DNA from: Octopus vulgaris
Taxonomy: Eukaryota
Reading direction: 5' to 3'
DNA length: 64,000 nt
Assembly (NCBI GenBank): GCA_951406725.2
Contig: OX597818.1
Coordinates: forward strand, 67,456,001 to 67,520,000
Shown: piece after piece, positions 12,721 to 27,718 of the stretch
How positions within the stretch are numbered: the first letter of the stretch is position 1
Layout of the letters: the number at the start of each line of letters is the position of its first letter
Made by a program: the position numbers and the translations under genes
The notes under the pieces: generated by a model
The model's database searches: none
Told to the model about the DNA's origin: nothing
What the model saw: the letters and a program-made list of their open reading frames with translations, nothing else

Positions 12721-13855
12721 GTTTCAATTGTTTCATTTTAGAAATGAATATGGAAATAATTAGACAGAAATAAATGATAAATTAAGCATCAAGGCACGTG
12801 ACAGACATAATATAAACTAAAAGAAATTTGGGATCATTCAACGCTAGTTCAAAGCACACATTACCTTTCCAATTGATTTTTAAAACGGCTCTCGATTAAA
12901 GCGCAATCTATGGCCACAATATTTATATAGGAGATGAATTTCAACCTCTGCATGTAGAAATAAATGAAACCCAACAAAAGAAATTTAACAAAATAAATAT
13001 TTACATAACAAATGTTACATAACGTTGTTGAATTAACGAATTTAAAGAATGCTGCGTGTTTCAGTTGACAGGCAAGAGATGTAGCTACGAACACAAGGAT
13101 CTACGCTTGAAAACGTACATAGAATTTTGAGATGGCAAATTTTCATTGAAAAGAGTTAGCGTCATTGTGCCTCATTACACAGAAAACAGAGAAGCAGAAT
13201 TAAACATTTTAAGACTTAGCTTATCAGTTATCATTCGTAAGAAAACAGAATAAGATTGAATAATTATATAAGAAAAAAGCCTTTAAACAAATATATCCTA
13301 ATGTAAGAAAAGTAAAAATAATCTTTCTATTAGATTAAGTTGAAAGATACGTACACTTATATAGGTTAATAGTGTGAGAAAATGAGAAAAAAGTACAATA
13401 ATCAAATGAAGAGGTAATATGAAAGAGCGTAATGAAAAAGGTGTTATTATCGACGAGGAAAAATACTTATGTGAAGTAAATAAGCAAAATGAAAAGAATG
13501 GCAGAGTGAAGGCGAATATGTGTTAGTTCCGAGTGCATGCATATATGAAAGCATACGCCTGCTTTGTAGGAGTTGAATAAGAAGGAAAATGGTGAAACAA
13601 AGACGGTGATTAAATATGTATAGAATTATAATAAAAGAAATTTAATTTGGATTGGAAAGCATTAAGTATAGATCTCGAAATTACAAAAAGGTATAAAGCA
13701 TACAAAAAGTTAGGTTATGCCCTAAATTTTACGTATAATAAATTTCATGCAAATTACAATACAGCAGACAAAAGTGCACGAATATTTATATATATGTGTG
13801 TGTGTGTGAGTGTGTGTGTGTTTGTGTGGGTGTGTTTGTGTGTGTGTGTATTGTA

Positions 13856-13888
<33 letters not shown>

Positions 13889-14137
13889 ATGTGTGTGTAT
13901 GTGTTTGTAAGGTATAAGTTAGAGGTGTTTAAAACATCCAAGGGATACAAGTATCCAGAGGCACCTCTGGTAATTTACTTCAGTATGTATGGTCCTTATT
14001 ATAACGTATATGGTAATAGATAATTTAAAAGGTAAACTGTAGCATAATGTATATATAGACGATAAGAAAAAGGAAAAATAAATAACAATGAGAAGTGTGT
14101 CTTAGAAGTGTGTCTTAGTGTTTTCCCTCCATTTTCT

Positions 14138-14182
<45 letters not shown>

Positions 14183-14274
14183 TATATATATATAATTAAA
14201 ATTACTCACCTCTTTTCGTGTCAGAATTTAGGTCTTTCAAAGTTAAGACGTCGTAAACCTTACATCCAGTTGTT

Positions 14275-14399
<125 letters not shown>

Positions 14400-14918
14400 A
14401 CAAGATTTCTTTATAATGTTCAGTTATATTCAAGACGTGTACATAGGAGCCCCCGAAAACCAATCAAGGTCGGCTATCGCAACGATGTCAGCTCATCTCG
14501 AAAGATAAGCCGTCCGGCGACAGGCAAGATTACTAGCGGATCTAATGAGGAGATTAAAAGGAAGTAAAATAAAATATGAAATAAAATGGTCAATAGAAAG
14601 ATAAATGCACGCTCGTGTGATATATTATACAGCGTATGTATGTTGCGCCTTGAGCTTGGCTTGTGTATTCTGTTACTGTTAAGGAACGGAAACTTGATAA
14701 ATAAGCATGATGTGAAAGTCCGAAGATGTTGCCACCGCGCCAAATTTGCATTTTCCAGATTCAATACAGTGGAACAATAACAATAATAATAATATTTCAG
14801 TCAACTCGATCGCTCCCCCTTCCCCTTTCCATGTGTGCGTGTGTCTGGTTCTATTTCTATATGTACATTTGTGTGCCCGTTCGCGTTTATAGTATTCAGG
14901 GTTGTATGTATCCACGTG

Positions 14919-14953
<35 letters not shown>

Positions 14954-15691
14954 GTGTGTGTGTGTATGTGTGTGTATGTAAGTGTGTGTGTGTACGAGCG
15001 TTAGTAAGAATATGGATATATATATATATATATGAACGACCATGCACTCTTAATGTCACCTAAGGACAATCGCGTGTGTAAGCAACCATGAAGCGCTAAT
15101 GAACAGTAAACAGTAACCAAATGCTAATCAATTTAATTCGTTCATTTCTCTCGACTTCTTTTCAAAATCTCTTATAAATTAAAAAATAACCCTGTCGCCG
15201 ACCACGAGCTCTCCAACATATTGTACATCATTTCTCTCCCCACATGCATACACACACAACTACAAATACTTCGCTGGTCATTCTGATTAGAACAGATATT
15301 TTTAGGTTGCCAATTTCAGATTTGATATATTAAAAACTCAACAAAATTTGCTGATCCATCATTCAATACGCTTACGTTCCAGTCACTGTGCAAATAGAGT
15401 AGCGGAATAACCATACCACTCCATCAAACATTCAAAGCAGTTAGCCAACAATTCTTCAGCGTCAACATACGTTTCATAAACTCATTGGTTACTTCTAAGT
15501 CCAGTCCACGACAAACAGATGGAATGCTCTTGAAGCCTAGAATTTGAACCTACGAAAACATTATTTACATATCGTCTGAGGAAACACTAGATCTCATAAT
15601 GCAGGGAAATGGTTGCTTGATGAAGTACCTGCACGCCTGGAGAACTATATTGCGTACAAAGAATTATAGTGATTGAAAATAAACCGCTCGA

Positions 15692-15749
<58 letters not shown>

Positions 15750-15782
15750 ATATGTATATATATATATATACATATGTACATA

Positions 15783-16125
15783 TGGTGGCCGCCCCATCGT
15801 TATTGAGTATGGCCATAGCACGAAGCTTAATCAATGTTGTTATCGTGCAATGCCTGTGCAGGAAGATTTTTTTAAAGTGAGGAAAGGCTGTGCACTGAGT
15901 CAATCCCACTGACTAAGCAACAGCAGTGCCATAATCCGAAAAGAGGAACAAGTCAACGTCATCGGTAACCACTGAACCGCAGGTTTTATGTCAGAGTTAT
16001 CCTAGTTACCTGAGTTACCTTCTCGTAGAAGGATGCCCTAACAAAGGCTAGGAGTCCTTCACTCCCAATGGTTTAACCGCGCGATCGGGTATTCAATCCG
16101 ATTATTTCTATGACCCCGCGCATGA
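15783..16125 (-). mobile_element. Non-autonomous element sharing its 3' tail with the RTE-like LINE end at 34934
   Basis: TGGCCGCCCCATCGTTATTGAGTATGGCCATAGCACGAAGCTTAA vs TGGCTGCCCTCTCGTTATCGAATATGGCCATTGCATGAAGCTTAA; both abut microsatellites. Confidence 0.6.
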
Positions 16126-16153
16126 TATAGCATATACATATACATACATACAT

Positions 16154-16225
<72 letters not shown>

Positions 16226-16830
16226 GAATATTGATATTAAATACGAAAAGAAATGTAATATTAAATTAAATATGCTGATATTTACGCTTGTAAATATCTG
16301 CAGGCCCATCAGCGTGGTCTGTCTCTTACAAAACATACTTTTTTATAATTACACATCAAACGCGTACCCGAAAGAGACCATGTATAAAGTTTTGCAAATT
16401 ATATTTTGCGTATTTTTCAAATGCTTCGTTTTGGCGCCCCGGGACGGGAAATAACTCTGCACTTAATGAATTTCTGCAGCACTTTACTAGTTAGAGAACA
16501 TCGTTATTTAAAAATTAAATAATGAATGTAGAAATTGATATTAATCAATTAGAACTAGTGGTTTAGCATATTTTTAAAAAAATCCGAAGATTAAAAATTA
16601 TATTACATACAAAACTAAGAGGATTGAGCACCAAAGTGGACTCTTAATATGCTAGATATTGAGGTCAAATCACCTAATCACGAAGCGGGTGTTCTCAAGT
16701 AAAAAATTCAGCAAAAACGCCAGAGTGAAAAAATGAGCAAGACAAATGAAAATATACGAAATAAAGAACGATTACCTACATAACAGTAGGTACGCTTGTT
16801 AATATTTATACATGTAAATATATGTGTGTT

Positions 16831-16861
<31 letters not shown>

Positions 16862-16869
16862 GTGTGTGT

Positions 16870-17085
16870 GTGTGTTTGTGTGTATGTTTGTCCCGTCATC
16901 ATCACTTACAATCGATGGTGGCGTGTCTACGACCCCTTAAATTAGCTGTTCGGCAAAAGAGATCGATTGAATAAGTACTAGGCTTACAAAAAATAAGTCT
17001 TGCTCTCGATTTGCTCGACTAAAGGCTGTGCTCCAGCATGGCTTCACTCAAATGACTGAAACAAATAAAAGAATAAAACAAATAA
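16870..17085 (+). mobile_element. SINE family B, 3' half
   Basis: GTTCGGCAAAAGAG..ATAAGTACTAGGCTTACAAA..GTGCTCCAGCATGGC..AAATGACTGAAACAA. Confidence 0.8.
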
Positions 17086-18857
17086 AAAAATTTGCTGTAT
17101 TTTGGGGATGGTCTTGTGGCACCACTCGCTGCTGAAGTGCTCGTCGGCTGAAACGAATGAAAAATATGCTTGCTGTAATATAGCATAATTATTCAATGGA
17201 GAGTGTGATACTGCATGCTGTTTTGAGCAAATCTTTGGTCCCCTCTTGGTCCAAATTTCAGAGAATGGGTTCATATCGTGGACTTGAGAGTAGCATTGTA
17301 AATTTCTTAAGCACTCAGCCATACTTCCCTACGATTTCAGCTAGCAGAAAATGCACCTGTGATATCGAAGGAGATCTTTATCTACACACCCATAACTAGA
17401 TTCAATTGAATTAGTTGATAGCTTCATATGCTTGTTGCATTATTCAGTAGGTGATAGTTTTTAGGTCATATATGGTTTGACTTAATGACGCAGATATAAT
17501 GTCGTATGAGAGATTTTCTTTAGAAGCATCAGAGTAGCAATTACACGCAGTTAGCTACTTCTATGTACACTGTCCTCAATTGAATCCATAGGATGCTGCT
17601 CAAGTCTGATGATTTTTTATGTTCCCATTCTTGAAGTTCCTGAGATAGGTTGAGAGATGTCAGGATTCAATAATATTTTCAATCGATGATATGTGATATT
17701 TTCACTCATGATATTTGATCTTAACTTTGGCAGTGACACTGAGACATAAAATTGAAAGTCTGACGCTGCAGTTGTTTTGGAATCGTTAAATCAAGGTTGG
17801 TTCGAGTGAAAATGACATGTTCTAGAATTTGGGTCGTCTGCAATCCTCTCCGAGCTCGAGGTTGCTGCCCTGCGAGAATTTAACACTTCCTGATTGGAGT
17901 TATATACTATGGGTGAGAAGAACCTGCAAAAGCGATGTACATAACACTTTCTTCTTGTGTGTGTGTGTGTGTGTGTGTGTGAGTGTATGTATACATACAT
18001 ACATTTATTCATCCATCCATCCGTATATACATACATGCATACATACATATTACATACATACATACATACAAATATTCCAAAAGGCCGATGGTACATTTTC
18101 AGTTAAAGTTCAGCATTGAGGGATCGTACACTATAAATCCTATTGTTTGAATTAAGTTACTCTCTATTGATCTAATATTCTGTTCTTCCCAATCATTCAA
18201 TTCTAATTTGACACAGCTTAACAAGGAACAGACAAAACCATTGTCTTTCAGGGAGCATTTTCCATTCGCTTATCCTCAACTTAGGTACCATTTGACAAGA
18301 TATTGTATTTCTTGAATTGATAGAGCTGCCAACATATTTGAAATATGGGGGGCATTTCAATCGCATTTTAATGAAAGATCAATTCTCTCTGTTAGAAATG
18401 AATACAAACCTGAGCGTCTATGTTATGATTGTTCCGCCATATAAGCTACGGAGTGGATTATATCAGAGAATCTTTTATTTAAATATTTATGCTCGGAAGC
18501 TACAGGCTTAGGCATCAATTCAGTCATATTACAAAATGTACTACGACTGAATTTTGTTTTTATTGAGTAGGAAATTCAATGCAGACTTTGAAGTAGTATG
18601 TATATATTAAGGATTTTGTAAGTGCATCTGTAAATGAGTGCAGTGATTGTAAATGTATGATGATATTGTAGATTAAATTACGATTGCGTTGAGGGGGATT
18701 TGTAGCATCCTTATCACTATAAGATTGCCGTACTCGAGATTCCGGATAAGGACAATTATTGTTAGCATCTAAATTTAACATATTTCCTGGACAACTGAAT
18801 TTTGTTGCTTTAGTCTTCACAGTAAATTTATCTGAAATTAACATAACGCCGAGTAAT

Positions 18858-19005
18858 ACAGATCTATATTTAAGAGATGTGGAATTATGTACATTATTTA
18901 CATTATTTACATTTGACAGATACTTATCCTCATCTTGTTTGTTGTTAACGCAACATTTCGGCTGATATACCTTCCAGGCATCATCAGGTGCCTTGGGGAA
19001 ATTTG
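18858..19005 (-). mobile_element. Family D hammerhead-bearing tail (HHR at 18947-18992)
   Basis: Minus strand GGCAC-CTGATGA-TGCCTG-gaaggtatat-CAGCC-GAAA-TGTT-GCGTT, followed by the shared tail ACAAGATGAGGATAAGTATCTGTCAAATGTAAATAATG. Confidence 0.85.
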
Positions 19006-19342
19006 GAATCACAGAGTAGTGAAATTGGCCCAACACCTCTCTTGTTTTATTAGTGTCTATGCCTGCGTTAGTGACTGCTCCCGATTTGTGAGGTCTACGC
19101 TAATGCCTTATTTGTTCTTCGAGGCTGTTCTTGTTGTTTTTGCTGATATTATTGTTGATGTTGAGCGGGCTTGTTTGTTTGTTGAGCGAAGCGGTCTTCA
19201 TCCCGTCTGTAGTGGGAGGAGTCCGAAACGTGGTCCTTTGCTATTCGTAAAACCCGCAGATAAGAAAGCAGGTCAACACCCGACATCGAGAGCATCGACG
19301 GATGAATGAATGCGCATCCAGGCTCAGTGGTTGCGTAAGAAG

Positions 19343-19548
19343 TCAGGTACAAGAAACAGGAAGAAAGAGTGAGATAAAGTTGGGGCGAAAGAGTATAACA
19401 GGGGTCGCCACCACCCTTTTGTCGGAGCTTCGTGAAGCTTTAGGTGTTTTCGCTCAATAAACACACACAACGACCGGTCTGGGAATCGGAACCGCGATCC
19501 TCCGACCGCGAGTCCGCTGCCCTAACCACTGGGCCATTGCGCCTCCAC
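19343..19548 (-). mobile_element. SINE family A, 5' part
   Basis: Matches 43707-43915. Confidence 0.9.
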
Positions 19549-20075
19549 TGTAGTTGCTGGTTTTTTCGTGGGGTGATGGTGTTGTCGTTGCTGCCGTTGT
19601 TATTGATTCTGCTTCTGGTTTCGCCTCACCCCGAGCGGATAAATCTTTCGCCCTTTACTATTGTTGTTACAGTTCGGTGTACTTTGTACCATGAAAGTCT
19701 TCTTTTCTCCTCCTCTTCTTCACCTATATTGTTTCCAGTAACGAAGGGAAGGGGAAGGAATCTTCAGCCGTTACCCTATTTGAAGTAGGGGTTGTTTTGT
19801 TTTATTTCAACTCTTTCAAGACGCGCTCCGCCATTTTCTTGAGTTGTATTTGATTCAACTAAATAAACTCCAACCAAAATTATTTGTTGGCGCGAAAATC
19901 TCTCTTCTGAGGGCTAAACACCCAGAGAAAACCAGTAACATTTCCTGGTGTTTCTTGGAATAAAATGCTTATTGCCAAAAATATTAATCTTGGTGTAAAT
20001 AGATATTTTAAGCTGAATTTTTTTGGAGCGTTCGAAAACACATCCGATGTGTTCATCAGCAAATATAATAAGGAT

Positions 20076-20077
20076 AA

Positions 20078-20110
<33 letters not shown>

Positions 20111-20118
20111 TAATGATG

Positions 20119-20170
<52 letters not shown>

Positions 20171-20648
20171 TAATAATAATGCAGTGAAAGTAGGCTATAA
20201 AAATAAGACTAATGAATCATAATAACAAAGATTTTAAATTTTGGCACAATGGGAAAGAGATGAATATATTATTTTGGGTGAGGGGTTGAACCAATTATAT
20301 CGGCCCCTGTGCCTAACTGGTACTTAATTTATCGAGCCTGAAAGGATGCAAGTCAAAGTGGACCTCTGCGGAATTTGAACTCAGAAGCATTTTTCTGGCA
20401 TGCTAATGATTCTACCTTTATAATAATTATAATAATGGTTTCAAATTTTGACACCAGGACATGAATTTCGGTGGAGGGGATGTGTCGATTACGTCGACCC
20501 CATTGCTTCACTGGTACTTATTTTACTGATCCGGAAAGGATGAATTGAAAAGTCGACCTCGTCAGAATTTGAATTCAGAACGTAGCAGTAGGCGAAATAT
20601 CGCTATGCAGTTTGTCCAGCGCGCTAATGACTCTCCCAGCACATCACC

Positions 20649-20714
<66 letters not shown>

Positions 20715-20900
20715 GTAATAAAAATCATAATAATAATAATAATAATGATAGTAATGATAATAATAGTAATAATAATGATAATAATAATAATGATAATGAT
20801 AATAATAATAGAGTCAGGAAGAGTCGCAGGAGTCGGGAAGACACTCGGCAAGAAATGGAAGCAAATTTGAAAGAAGAAAAATAAAGTAATAATGGTAATG

Positions 20901-20937
<37 letters not shown>

Positions 20938-20948
20938 TAGTAATAATA

Positions 20949-20986
<38 letters not shown>

Positions 20987-21022
20987 AATGATGATGATGA
21001 TGACGACGATGATGATAATAAT

Positions 21023-21063
<41 letters not shown>

Positions 21064-21240
21064 TAATAATAATAATTAATATTATTATTTCAAATTTTTG
21101 CGACAAGGACAGTTGTGGGGGAGTGGGGATTGGTCGATTACATTGATCACAGTGTTCAACTGGTGCTTATTTTATCGACCCCAGAGGATGAAAGGCAAAA
21201 TCAATCTCAGAAGATAGCGCCTGAACGATTCTACCGATTC
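20076..21240 (-). repeat. Cluster of (AAC/AAT/ATG)n arrays interleaved with three diverged SINE C copies (~20230-20417, 20435-20650, 21085-21240)
   Basis: AAAGGATG..AAAGTCGACCTC..GAATTTGAA-type cores sit between trinucleotide arrays. Confidence 0.8.
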
Positions 21241-22864
21241 TTAAACATAAGATGACGTTTACTTTGAAATTTAGTATTCTTTGCATTTTGAAATCATGTC
21301 AGTGCGTAATATGTTAATTGGCGTTTCTGAGAATACATGTCTTTTAAAATACCTATTTTGAAGAATTACGTGAATTTTCCTTTATTATTTCTCTCAAAAC
21401 CTGATTAATGATGGAATGAGTTAATATAAAATTGAGCTGGCATATTTCCAAAATTCTCTTCAACTTTTCCGTGCTAGGCATTTTCTTTCTCTGCCCTCGT
21501 TATTCTCAGTTTTCTTATCAGATGCAGTTTTTCTCTTTTTGTCTTGATAGACTCTCACCTAGAAACAGAGTATTTGAAAACAATTTTATGACGCTACAGT
21601 AACCCGATTAAACCGACATATTTACGCCATTGTCTCTTTATCGCACCTCCCTATCATAAAATGTAAGTCAAAGTTGACCACAGTGGGATTTGAAAGTGAA
21701 TTGGCAGAATAAAGACCATCTACTAAATCAATAATAACATTACGAAACATTGATTCACCGTTTACACACAAGCTGTATGTGTGCCCACTCACGATAATAC
21801 ATAGTGACTTCATACTACCAAAATAAACAAACGGCAACACCACTAAATACATTTTCTGAAACAAATATAAACTTCAATATCATCAACGGCATTGACAAAA
21901 AGTTAACGTAAGATATATTTGTTAAGAAATACATTGAAATAAATATCATCTCCAAGAAAAGTCTGATTCCACCTTTCACCAGATTTCAGGCCATAAATCT
22001 TTCGCATGTGTTTACGAGGAAGAAAAGACAAAAAAGAGCAACTATATATTTTCAATACTTTACAAAATGAAAGAATTTATTTTGTTCTGACATATAAGAA
22101 AGCTTAAAAGCCTGATATTTGATTATGTTTGTCTATATGTTGGTTTAACTTATGTTCCAAAATAAAACAAAATTTAAAAAAGTAATTAAACGACCATATG
22201 TCTTAGAAGTGGTGTATCTATTTATTTATCTGACTGTCTGAAAATTGTAACTATCTTCCTATGACGAGGAAAAAAAGGCACCTTTACCACCTTTGTCTAC
22301 AAACAAATCTATCTATCAATCAATCTATCAATATATCTCCTTATTGATCGTTAACTTCGCATAAATGTCCCTTTTCTCTCTCTCTCACTCTTTCACTATG
22401 TGTATATGTGTGTATGCGTGCGTGTAAGTATGTGTGTATATGTGTGTGTGCTGCGTGTGTGCATTTGTTGCTGTATGTCTGGTTGAAAGATGTCTATGTC
22501 CATGTGTGAGAGTCTTCGTTTCTATTTATATATCCCTGTGTCTATATGTTTATATCTTTCCATCGATTCATCCATTAGTGACATTCTGAATCTAATCTGT
22601 TTCAATATCTTGTTTTGTTAGTGTAAATATTTCTTAATTCTTCTTTTATTCTTTGTTGTGTCTTTATCAATCTTTTGGACTGCCTGCTTCTACGCCTTCG
22701 CCATCTTCCTCCATCAAACAAGACATATTTATTTGTAGCTTTTTATATATCTATACGCTTATCTTCTGTCTCTATATATACTCATATCTCTTCAGCATTT
22801 ATAGTGTATCTATATGTACGTATGTAACATGTCATTGCAGTCCACACACGCGCACACACACACA

Positions 22865-22922
<58 letters not shown>

Positions 22923-22934
22923 CATATATATATA

Positions 22935-22973
<39 letters not shown>

Positions 22974-23809
22974 GGAGAGAGAGAGAGAGAGAAAGAGATG
23001 GATAGATAGATAGATAGATAGATTTCTTGGGATGATCGACAAGCTTTCATTCAGGTGTGTATGATTTCTGAGATTCTGTTTTCGGTTTCTCGTACAATTG
23101 TAATACTTTATGGTTTCAAAAATTTCTTTCCGAAACTCACCATTTCTAATTCAATGTTGTTAACGGAAAAGTTATTTTCAATTCATTTTACATGTAAATT
23201 TAAGATTTATGTAGAATGTTTCCAAAATGATCACGAGAACAATGATGAATGTTATTCTGAGTTCTATTGTCTGAAACAACCAATTCTGTGTCTATTTTGG
23301 TTGCAATATAAAGAGGCAAAGTTTTCAGGATATTAGGTGAGGTGAGTTGAAATAAACATCTGTTTAATAAACAGGTCAAGCAAGTTGTTATTGAATATAT
23401 AATTCATTTTAGGTTTCCCCTTTAATATTGAATACTCGGAAAGTGATAGATACATATTCAGATATATGCCAATGAATTGTAGTACAAGACTCACACAGGT
23501 GTGTGTGATTGTCTGAGAGAGTCAGAAAAGATCGATAGTGAAAGAGTCATCCAGAGAGTAGCGCGTGAGAGGGGAAATGAGTATGCGTGTGTGTGTTAGA
23601 TTAATAGGTAATAGGTTATTGAGTACGGAGAGGTTGCATTTGGTGCATGGATTATATTCACGTGTCTAAAGAATTACAATCCTCAACAAACTCAGATATT
23701 GCACCTGGCAACGGTATATTATAGAAAACATCCTAATGCACGATATTTGTAAATACCTCATTGAAATGGAAAAGTGGAAATTATCGAAAACTCATATGTA
23801 TTGACCTTG

Positions 23810-23845
<36 letters not shown>

Positions 23846-23891
23846 AGTGCGTGTGTGCGTGTGTGTTTGTGTGTGTGTGTCTATGTCTATA

Positions 23892-23963
<72 letters not shown>

Positions 23964-25017
23964 TGTATAAATGTATGTATATATGTGTGCATATTTATGT
24001 AAACTTGTTCGTGTGTATGTGTGTGCGGTCGTTTGTCTGTGTAAGTAGTTAAGTATGATTATGTGTATGTTGGTGTAACTATTTATATGTAGATATCCAT
24101 GCATAATGTGTATGCATAAAAACTCATTTTGTTAAACTAAGCAAAGAATCTTTCTTTGAGAGCAGATTTTCGAATTGTGTTGAAAAATTAAACGCTTCAC
24201 ATAAATAATTGGCTCTGTAATCTAAAGAATAGGAAGATATATAATACGTAAGAGAGAATTATTACAAAGCGCCACTAAAAAGAAGGGCATTCGTGAGAGA
24301 AGGACTGTGATCTATATACGAATCACAGTAGTTGATATGATGAACGGGTAGATATTATGTCATGAGATTTGGGAAAATTTGGCGTGTATCGAAACAATGA
24401 CATATTATTCTAACCGTTTATGTAATAAGAAAATAAAAGCCTCTCAGATCACTATTTCATATACAGTATTTTAATAGACAAGAGCTCCAAGAATATTATT
24501 GCGGATTCAATGTTCATCTTATGTATTAAAATGTCAAATAAGTTCTTACAAAGTAGAAAACTTGAAGAAATGGGAAAAGGATCCTGCGGATATTCGGTTT
24601 TTACTGATTACAATGTGAATTGTATAAAGGTTATATATTATTTCATATTCTAATTGAAATATATAAATTGTAGATAGCCAATATATTATTGAATCGGAAT
24701 ATGTGGTGAAAGAAACTAAGTTTTATGAGTCGTTATTCTTAATCGAACGAGTAACCATGATCAAACTCTATCAACGAAAATGTTCGAACATTTACCTTGT
24801 GAATATGAACTGTTAAGTTTTTAAAGTATACGAGTATGTATGTCTTCAAACAGGATTGATTCCCTTAGTCAGTTATTGGTCAGCCACGAAGGAATTGTTA
24901 ATAACTGTCGAAAATTTCATTAACATGTAATCGAATTAATCCAGGATATGTAGAAGCAAAACAAAATTCTATCAACAAAATCTTGAATTAGCTACATTAG
25001 CAATATCCATTGTATTC

Positions 25018-25207
25018 AAGGCGGCAAGTTGGCAGAAACGTTACCACGCTGTGCGAAATGCTTAGTGATGGTCCGTCTGCCGCTACGTTCTGAGTTCAAA
25101 TTTCGCCGAGGTCGACTTTGCCTTTCATCCTTTCGAGATCAATAGATTAAGTACTAGTTGTCTCTGCCCCGCACATTTCGGGCCTTGTGCCTAAAGTAGA
25201 AAAGAAC
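25018..25207 (+). mobile_element. SINE family C
   Basis: AGGCGGCAAGTTGGCAGAAACGTT..GTTCTGAGTTCAAAT..GAGGTCGACTTTGCCTTTCATCC. Confidence 0.85.
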
Positions 25208-26207
25208 ATTCATTGTATCCAATTCTTTAATATTCCATCTGTTGATTTCATGAAATGAGCACTATTTAAAGAAATCAATTTCACCAGTGTAACATCAAAT
25301 TGGTTTCCAATTTTAGGCACAACCTCAACAGGTTCGAAGAAGAGGGCTAATCGATTACATCGATCCCATTACTCAACTGCTACATATTTTCTCAACCCGC
25401 GACACGACGTAAGACTACCCCGTCAGAATTTGTACTCAGAAATTCTGCCGAGGCGTAACATTAATGCCAACATTAAAAATCCCCCACTTACATTACTAAA
25501 TGGAGCAACCGCTAACACATGCTCAAATTTTCTCTATAGTCAAATTATGAACGAACAAGCATTTTAATACGCAATAATTTTGCAGTTTAACAATTAATGT
25601 TCTGACGTATTTTACTGACAAACTAACAAAATCATGATTATATCAAAATAAACGATAGTAAAAGCTTAGTCTCGTTATCGAACGAAATTTAAAAGCCGAT
25701 TCATAAATTATATATAAAAAGAATTAAGCTTATTATAACACGAAGCGACAATACTAATGAGGCATTTTGTAGTTTTACAGACTAAGATTCTCATTTGAAA
25801 CATTGCAGAATTGTTTATAAACCAATGTCTTATAAACTCTACAATAATACAAACCATTGTACATTGAATATCCCACCAAACGCGCGCTTCCATCAAACGA
25901 TGACTTACACGTCATGTAAGGCCAAATATCTTATCTCTCCCCATTAAATATATGTTGAATATACCCCCCCCCCTGATCAATCTTTATTGTTCGTCATGGT
26001 TTCATTATTAGTGCATAACTATAATTACTAGCCATACACTATAAAAGCAAAAATAATTTACAAACTTCGGCATTCGTAACAGGCTAATATACACCAAATT
26101 GTAAAACATTCCGAAATAGAGAGTATATAAAAGAAAAGAATAATGCATATATTGGTGCGTGTGTGTATATATGTGACTGTGCGTTTTTATATATCTGCAG
26201 GTTTATG

Positions 26208-26249
<42 letters not shown>

Positions 26250-26378
26250 CACGCATATATATATATATGTATATACACATATATTTATAAATATATATAT
26301 ATATATCCATACATATATGTGTATATGCATATATTACACACACACACAAACACGCGCACACACACACACGCACACGCA

Positions 26379-26449
<71 letters not shown>

Positions 26450-27718
26450 TTACAGTTTAATTGAAACAGTTTACCTCGTGGCAACTTTAGAAATGTTCCT
26501 GATATTGTTTCTTCCCTTTCAAACTTAAACAAGAATATTCTAAAAACTATATTTTTACTGACGATGTTTTCCTTTCAATATTATCCCCTCCGCAATATCG
26601 CCTGTTTTCTTTTTATGTCGATGGTACTTAATCTTGTCTGCAGTATTGTTACGTTTTTACTACATCCGAGATCACAATTTCACAATGCTTGTCAGACATA
26701 TATCCCGTTTCACTGATGCTTTGATGTTTTTATTCTGCCCATGGTAATTATGTCTGTATTAGGTCTGACATTCTTCTATATCCATGTGTATCTATTCCAA
26801 GCCAGTATACCTATTTGATTTGGATAGTTCGGTAAATATATTTCTGTAAGTTAGTTTCCAAACATTTGCTTGGTCTGCACCACATCTTGGTAAAGGAATC
26901 TGCACAGTCAATAACTCATATTCAAGTTATTGCAGAGAATTACTTTCTCTTAAACTATGACAGAATCCTAATTACAGAGGGTTTAATAGTCACAGCAGCA
27001 GCAACTGTATTTACCTTTAAACATCAAACTAAATTTACCCCTTACTTCAAAGTCAGTTTGTAGAATTCATTAAGGGTTTACGTTGTACTTATCTTTAAAC
27101 TAACTCCTAAGGTGCTGGCATGTTAATGTTTTATTTCTCAGAGAAGGAATAGGTGCCTATTTAGGAGTGTTCCAGGAAATTTTTATGATTAGTTAAAGGA
27201 CAGCATCTATGAAATATTTCACGTTCTAGTAAGAGAAAGATAGGAAAGTTTCATTATGCTAAACGCTTGCTACAGAGAATAGCCTTATATACCCAAGAGC
27301 CGCTTTATTGTTGTTAAATTATCTTAGAGCTTAAGTCTTTCTCACAAACACAGGAAAACTATTGATGACCAATCATCTAGTTTCTGTTCATTCAATATGC
27401 GGTAAAGGACTTGAATGTTGTACAACTTCAATAACTTACTACTTAAGCTATCATGTAGTAGAATGCAATAACAAAGAGCCTGATTCTAGAAGCGATTTAA
27501 CGGTAACCCATCATGCGGACATCAAATATGTTTCATGTTTAATTACACTCGTGAAATTGTCGTATAGATGTACATTGATAGGGTCTACCCAGTTCATACA
27601 GATCGATGCGTTGACTGATGGATTTTAAATTCTCGCTCGTTTACAGTCAACCCTACTGGAACTCATACACAATGCTCAACAATTCATTTGCATAAATATG
27701 CTATGAATTTCTTTAACC

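Noticed and set aside
15985-16075. HDV-like ribozyme fold on the minus strand (AGG-ACTCCTAG-CCT..GG..CCTTCT/AGAAGG)
   Set aside because: No convincing P1 partner and no catalytic C in J4/2; not supportable without a descriptor search.
18880-18920. Short direct repeats (ACATTATTT)n as a CRISPR-like array
   Set aside because: No spacers and a eukaryotic context; these are the tail repeats of family D.
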